A stretch of 63,654 bases of DNA, counting the filler, from Lenisia limosa (lineage: Eukaryota; Protista; Breviatea): NCBI GenBank assembly GCA_001655205.1. It is 9 parts of 9 records of this genome, joined end to end, with 100 filler letters (N's around TTAATTAATTAA, not from the genome) between each part and the next. Parts side by side here need not be neighbours in the genome. Positions count along the whole stretch, not along the records: positions 54,328 to 63,654 come from LPNZ01003718.1; 8 more parts are not named here. The stretch is one strand, 5' to 3'. Made by a program: the position numbers and the translations under genes. Positions 59,055 to 63,654 of the stretch are shown in pieces (within the stretch, counting starts at the first letter, position 1; each line of letters starts with the position of its first letter). The notes beneath the pieces are model-generated. The model had not been told where the DNA came from. It did no database searches and worked only from the letters and a program-made list of their open reading frames with translations.

Positions 59055-59294
59055 ATGAGTGACGAAGTTAAACCAGTGAAAACTGAGGAAGCCCCTAAGG
59101 CTGTTCCTCAGCAGCCAGCCACCCTTCCTGCCAAACCTGACCTTAAAGCTAGGATGTACGCCAACTTAAAGCCCAAGCCCAAGCTTATGGACCAAAACCG
59201 TCAATTCTTTGATTCAGCGGACTATTTTGCTGGCAAAAAGACTGGAGATAAGCCCGTGAAGAAATTCTGTTTGTTTTTTTTTGAGTTAACTTAG
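59055..59294 (+). CDS. ENSA: Endosulfine/ARPP19/Igo family protein
   Basis: LKARMYANLKPKPKLMDQNRQFFDSADYF contains the FDS(A/G)DY Greatwall/Rim15 phospho-site motif. Confidence 0.8.
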   Translation: MSDEVKPVKTEEAPKAVPQQPATLPAKPDLKARMYANLKPKPKLMDQNRQFFDSADYFAGKKTGDKPVKKFCLFFFELT

Positions 59295-61245
59295 AAATTC
59301 TATTCATATAATCCTCATTGGAGACAAGCTTCCAAAATAAGAACCATCTCTCAATCTTACGGCCCCCCTTCTGAGCCATTTAGCGTTTCTGTGTTGGAAA
59401 TGGATTTATTTCATGAAAAGAAAGGTTTTGGAGGGTTTCTTTGTTGCATCTCTAACCACTCTTTCTCAATCCAAGGCCGAACCTTTTGAAACTGGTATCT
59501 TTTGTTGCCTATGAGCTGTGCTTTTTAATTATGGGATCCATCATTCTATTTTTGGTTTAAGGTTCTTCTTGCTATAGTGAATACTTTTTATTCATTTCCA
59601 GTATTTATTCTGCTTGTTGATGATTGAATCATGGCTCTTTCTGAAACCTGGCCGACTTGCCCACTCTGTCACCACCTGTTCATCTTTTTTATTAGTAAAA
59701 CTTGTCAGTATAACAGTGGTAAGATATTTTCTATCCTTACATTGTGCTGTCCTTTCTCTTTTCTCAATAAATGTGTTTTAATCACCCAACATTCCAACAT
59801 CATAATTTTCTCATTTCAACATAATTTTCTTCACTATGATATCAGACAAGTTCATGCTGTAGCTGGGGACGTGTGTATTTGTTGGTAGAAAGTCCTCGCA
59901 GCATTATGTTGAATGTGTGTTTGCAGGTTTGCGTATTTCTCCTAAATACTCTCTCTACCTTGCAACTCAGTATAACCATGGCATAATGGACCAGCCCCCC
60001 CCTCTCCCCTTGTACCTCGTAGAACCTCACCCACAAGCACCTTGCAAGCACCCAAACCACACCACCCAAAAACTGTCCAGAGTCGCGCAAGGTTGTGTGG
60101 CGTGGCGCGCGTTTTTAGTGACTCCCGACAAATCCATTTTTTTGGTTTTGGGATTAGATGATTATAGTTATAATATAGTTTGTTATTCATTAATAAAAGG
60201 ATAGAAAGGAAGGAAACTCTTTCCCTTTATCGGAGTGTTTATCTCTAACTGTTTTCACCTTCCGGATACCATGAGTGCGGTTCCATTAAGCAAATTAAAG
60301 AATGACCTGAGGAGCATTAAGTTCAAAATCAAAATATATGAAAGAGGTAGGGCGATTCCTATCTATAGGCAACATTCCAAGGTTTCTACACTTTCTTATC
60401 AGCCCTCTAATATCCAAATAACACTGAATGGACTGAAGTCCCTGAAAGAATCACCCATTTAGAGTTTCTATCCTCAAACGGGTTGAAGCCCACGGCCAAT
60501 GATATTCGGTCAGCACCAGCCGAGACCAGAAAGCTTTACAAGGAACATGTGGGTAGTATGGGGACTATGGTGGACAACAGAAAAAGTGGTGTATCTTGGA
60601 TACTTCAGGAGGAATATCAAATAGGGGAATCTACCCAAATGCTTTGGTTAACTGGTGTGGTATTAGATAGTTAAGTATATTCCATGGTTGTGGCAAATTC
60701 ATATTCATATTCAATATATTTCTTCCCGTNNNNNNNNNNNNNNNNNNNNNNNNNNNNNNNNNNNNNNNNNNNNNNNNNNNNNNNNNNNNNNNNNNNNNNN
60801 NNNNNNNNNNNNNNNNNNNNNNNNNNNNNNNNNNNNNNNNNNNNNNNNNNNNNNNNNNNNNNNNNNNNNNNNNNNNNNNNNNNNNNNNNNNNNNNNNNNN
60901 NNNNNNNNNNNNNNNNNNNTGATGCTTCAAATGACCAAGATGGTGAGTCTACTGATAAATATATGTACATATCGATATAAATAATATATTATATGATATC
61001 ATATCTCTGATCTTTGGTCTTGCTTCAAGATAAAGCAGCCATTTGTAAACCCAAAGAATTTCTTCCTTTTTTTGAAAATTAATGACGATATTATTATTTT
61101 ACCCTTCCTCTCACAGTTTTAGTTATCATTCAAGTAGAATCAACGTAAGGTGGTATAGGAGGGAAGCTGTAAATCATAATAAATTGGCGCCATGGTATGG
61201 GTCTGAAATACTATCAAGGCAATATTTGTTGTCGTTTACCACATC

Positions 61246-63654
61246 AGACCGTCGACACCTGCTTCGAAAAGGGCCGGAAGCAGTGCTCTTGACTTGGGCA
61301 CTGTTGCAAAAAACGTGGGTATTTAAGGGTGGTTCTTCTCTTCCTTGTTTTGTATTGATAATGACTCTTAAATCAATTTTTGATAAAGGATGAAAGAGGC
61401 AATAGTGGCCTGAATGGCATTCTATATGACTTGCAGAAATACTTCGGGTATCTTAGACAGCTTTCCCATTTGAAACTTTGAATAGCTGTGAGTATTTTCG
61501 TGGCACAATGAATAATATCATTGGAAAGACCTTCCGGATATATGATGTTCGAGGTTTTGGAGACTTCTTCCTCTTTTTTTTAGACTTTATCACCAACCAA
61601 TTTTGTTTCAGTTCTTTTTACGAAATTAGACACCCTCCAAGGCTGCGGCCCGAACCCCCACGAATACTCGGACCACTCCAAACCGCCCTGCCACCACAAC
61701 CACCCGTGGGGGGGGGGGGGNNNNNNNNNNNNNNNNNNNNNNNNNNNNNNNNNNNNNNNNNNNNNNNNNNNNNNNNNNNNNNNNNNNNNNNNNNNNNNNN
61801 NNNNNNNNNAATATCATCAATAATGAATGTGGTGAAGATAGGGTACTCTTTGAATTTTGAATCAAATAGACAAAGGGCGGAGGGTAAAACTGCTGGACTC
61901 CCCCACCCCATATTAATTGCACTCAGGGCCATCCCAACCAATCGCAGCCTCCTCACGCCCAGCAACAACATCGTCATCACGGGCCGGGCCGGCTACAAGA
62001 AGCCAGCTGGGAACGACTGGTGGCAACTCCCCTGCCCAGCGCACTGCCACCAAGCCTGGCGCCAAAATCATGCGCAAATCTAAGAGCCAAACAGGGATCA
62101 ACCAAAAGCCGGGTAGGCTTGTTGGCTGATATGGGAACTTCTTTTTTTGAAGATGTTGTCAGGCAAATAAAGCTTTGTTTCTTGTTTTTGACAATCTCAT
62201 ATGGACACTTTAAAGTGAACACCTGTAGACTCTTTTTGTTTAATTTTATTTAATGATTGGATATTTGATCTCGGATTATGATCACGTAATTGTTATACAG
62301 TGTCCGAGAAGAGCGAATTGGAGGAACTGAGGAAACAGCTGGCGGCCAAGGATCAAGAAGGTACAAGGGGAATGAGTCATTGAGGTGGAAATTGTACTAA
62401 AATAAAAAGGCCATGAAAACCTTCACCGAATAAATATTCATCATCCATATCGCTTATGTCTTGTAGTGTCTCTTCTTCGTATTGCTTTGGATGCAAAAGA
62501 TCAGGAAATCAAATCACTGCGAGAGGTTTGGAGGACTGGTTTTGTTGTTAATATTCTATCTCTGATATTTCCATAAAACACAAAAAAACAACTTCCTCAG
62601 GAAAACTCATTCCTTCAAACCGAAGTCAAGTCCATGATGCCTTCCCCGCAATCCAGTTTAACATCCCCTTACAAGACCCCCGCCGAGGTGGGTGGGGGCA
62701 AGCTTGGAGAGGCACATATGCATTGGGCTCTTCTGGCTAAACGTTGTGTGGAAGCAATTAAAGTGTACATCATATCGTGTAATGAATATTATAACAAGAT
62801 ATAAGTATCAGAGTTTTTATTATTACTTTTTAGGTTAGACAAATGGCCAAGCAGAAGTCGCAGGAGAAGTTAACAGCTTCTAGATCCCAGGAGAAATTGA
62901 CCCCTTCAAAAGTGGGTTGGGATTCGTGCAACAATCATGTATGGTGTATCCTTCAACTTGCAAATTTTACCGATATTTAGCCTGGCTACAGTCAACAGCA
63001 TCAGAACCGCCTGGTGGAAGAGAGAAAAAAAGAGGACGATAAGAGAATTGAAGAGAGGAGGAGAGAGGAGGAAAAGAAAAGGACAGAAGAGAAGAAAAGG
63101 GAAGAGGAAAAGAAGAAACTGGAAGAAAGGAGAAAAATGGAAGAGAAGAGGAGGGAAGAGGAAAAGAAGAAATTAGAAGAGAAGAAGAAGCAGGAAGAAG
63201 AAAAGAAGAAACTTGAAGAGAGAAGAAGAGAGGAGGAAAGGAGAAGGATGGAAGAGAGGAGAAGGGAGGAGAACAAACTGGAAGAAAAGAAAAAAATGGA
63301 AGAAGAAAAAAAGCTTGCAGAGAAAAAGAAGCAGGAAGAAGAAAAGAAGAAACTTGAAGAGAAGAAGAATGAAGAAGACAGGAAGAAGAGAGAAGAGGAA
63401 CAGAAATCTTCAGTAAAGCCTGCCGAAAAGGGAAAATTGAAAGGTGGACTACTGGCCCAATGGGAGGCTCACACTACCGAGTCAAGTACCCAGGTAGGTG
63501 GAATTCTTTTTTTCTGGTGGAACGCTATTAACGTATCATGGATCTTTATCATGGATTGCGTGTTTTGTATTTCAATAACACCATTACCCTCCCCCCCCAG
63601 AAATCCAGCGCAGTGCCGGCGGATCAAAGATCTAGATCGGGCACAGTGAGAGCA
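61246..63654 (+). CDS. Multi-exon Ser/Thr/Pro-rich and E/K/R coiled-coil protein (continues past window; may start near 60270)
   Basis: In-phase exons ...SEKSELEELRKQLAAKDQE-VSLLRIALDAKDQEIKSLRE-ENSFLQTEVKS...; exon about 62985-63492 has EEEKKKLEE repeats ending GGLLAQWEAHTTESSTQ. Confidence 0.7.

Noticed and set aside
63001-63276. Minus-strand ORF rich in S/F/L
   Set aside because: It is the antisense shadow of the E/K/R repeat exon.
1-63654. Reassigned stop codons (TAA/TAG=Gln or TGA read-through)
   Set aside because: Conserved genes (Argonaute, CTL, MECR, NAAA, COMMD2) translate without in-frame stops, and TAA, TAG and TGA all appear as terminators.

Overview
Intron-rich eukaryotic (protist-like) nuclear DNA in the standard genetic code. 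Eight artificial N-TTAATTAATTAA-N linkers cut the window into 9 segments whose true adjacency is unproven. Recognisable genes, all from manual exon stitching and motif recall (no database search): COMMD2, a RecQ-like SF2 helicase, a WD40+TPR protein, MECR (3' part), FAM177, a choline-transporter-like SLC44 gene (3' part), a full-length Argonaute/PIWI gene, an NAAA/acid-ceramidase Ntn hydrolase, a LIM-LIM-halfLIM-PH protein, an endosulfine, and a long E/K/R coiled-coil protein. Also present are several hypothetical multi-exon genes, an orphan and apparently decayed 18S rDNA 3' fragment, and at least five families of non-autonomous TIR elements (MITEs). The best leads centre on the Argonaute: it lacks two conserved lysines of the MID 5'-phosphate pocket, has a DED-D tetrad, and has 22-47 nt micro-introns, at least one of which needs a non-AG (TG) acceptor to restore the conserved C-terminal motif.
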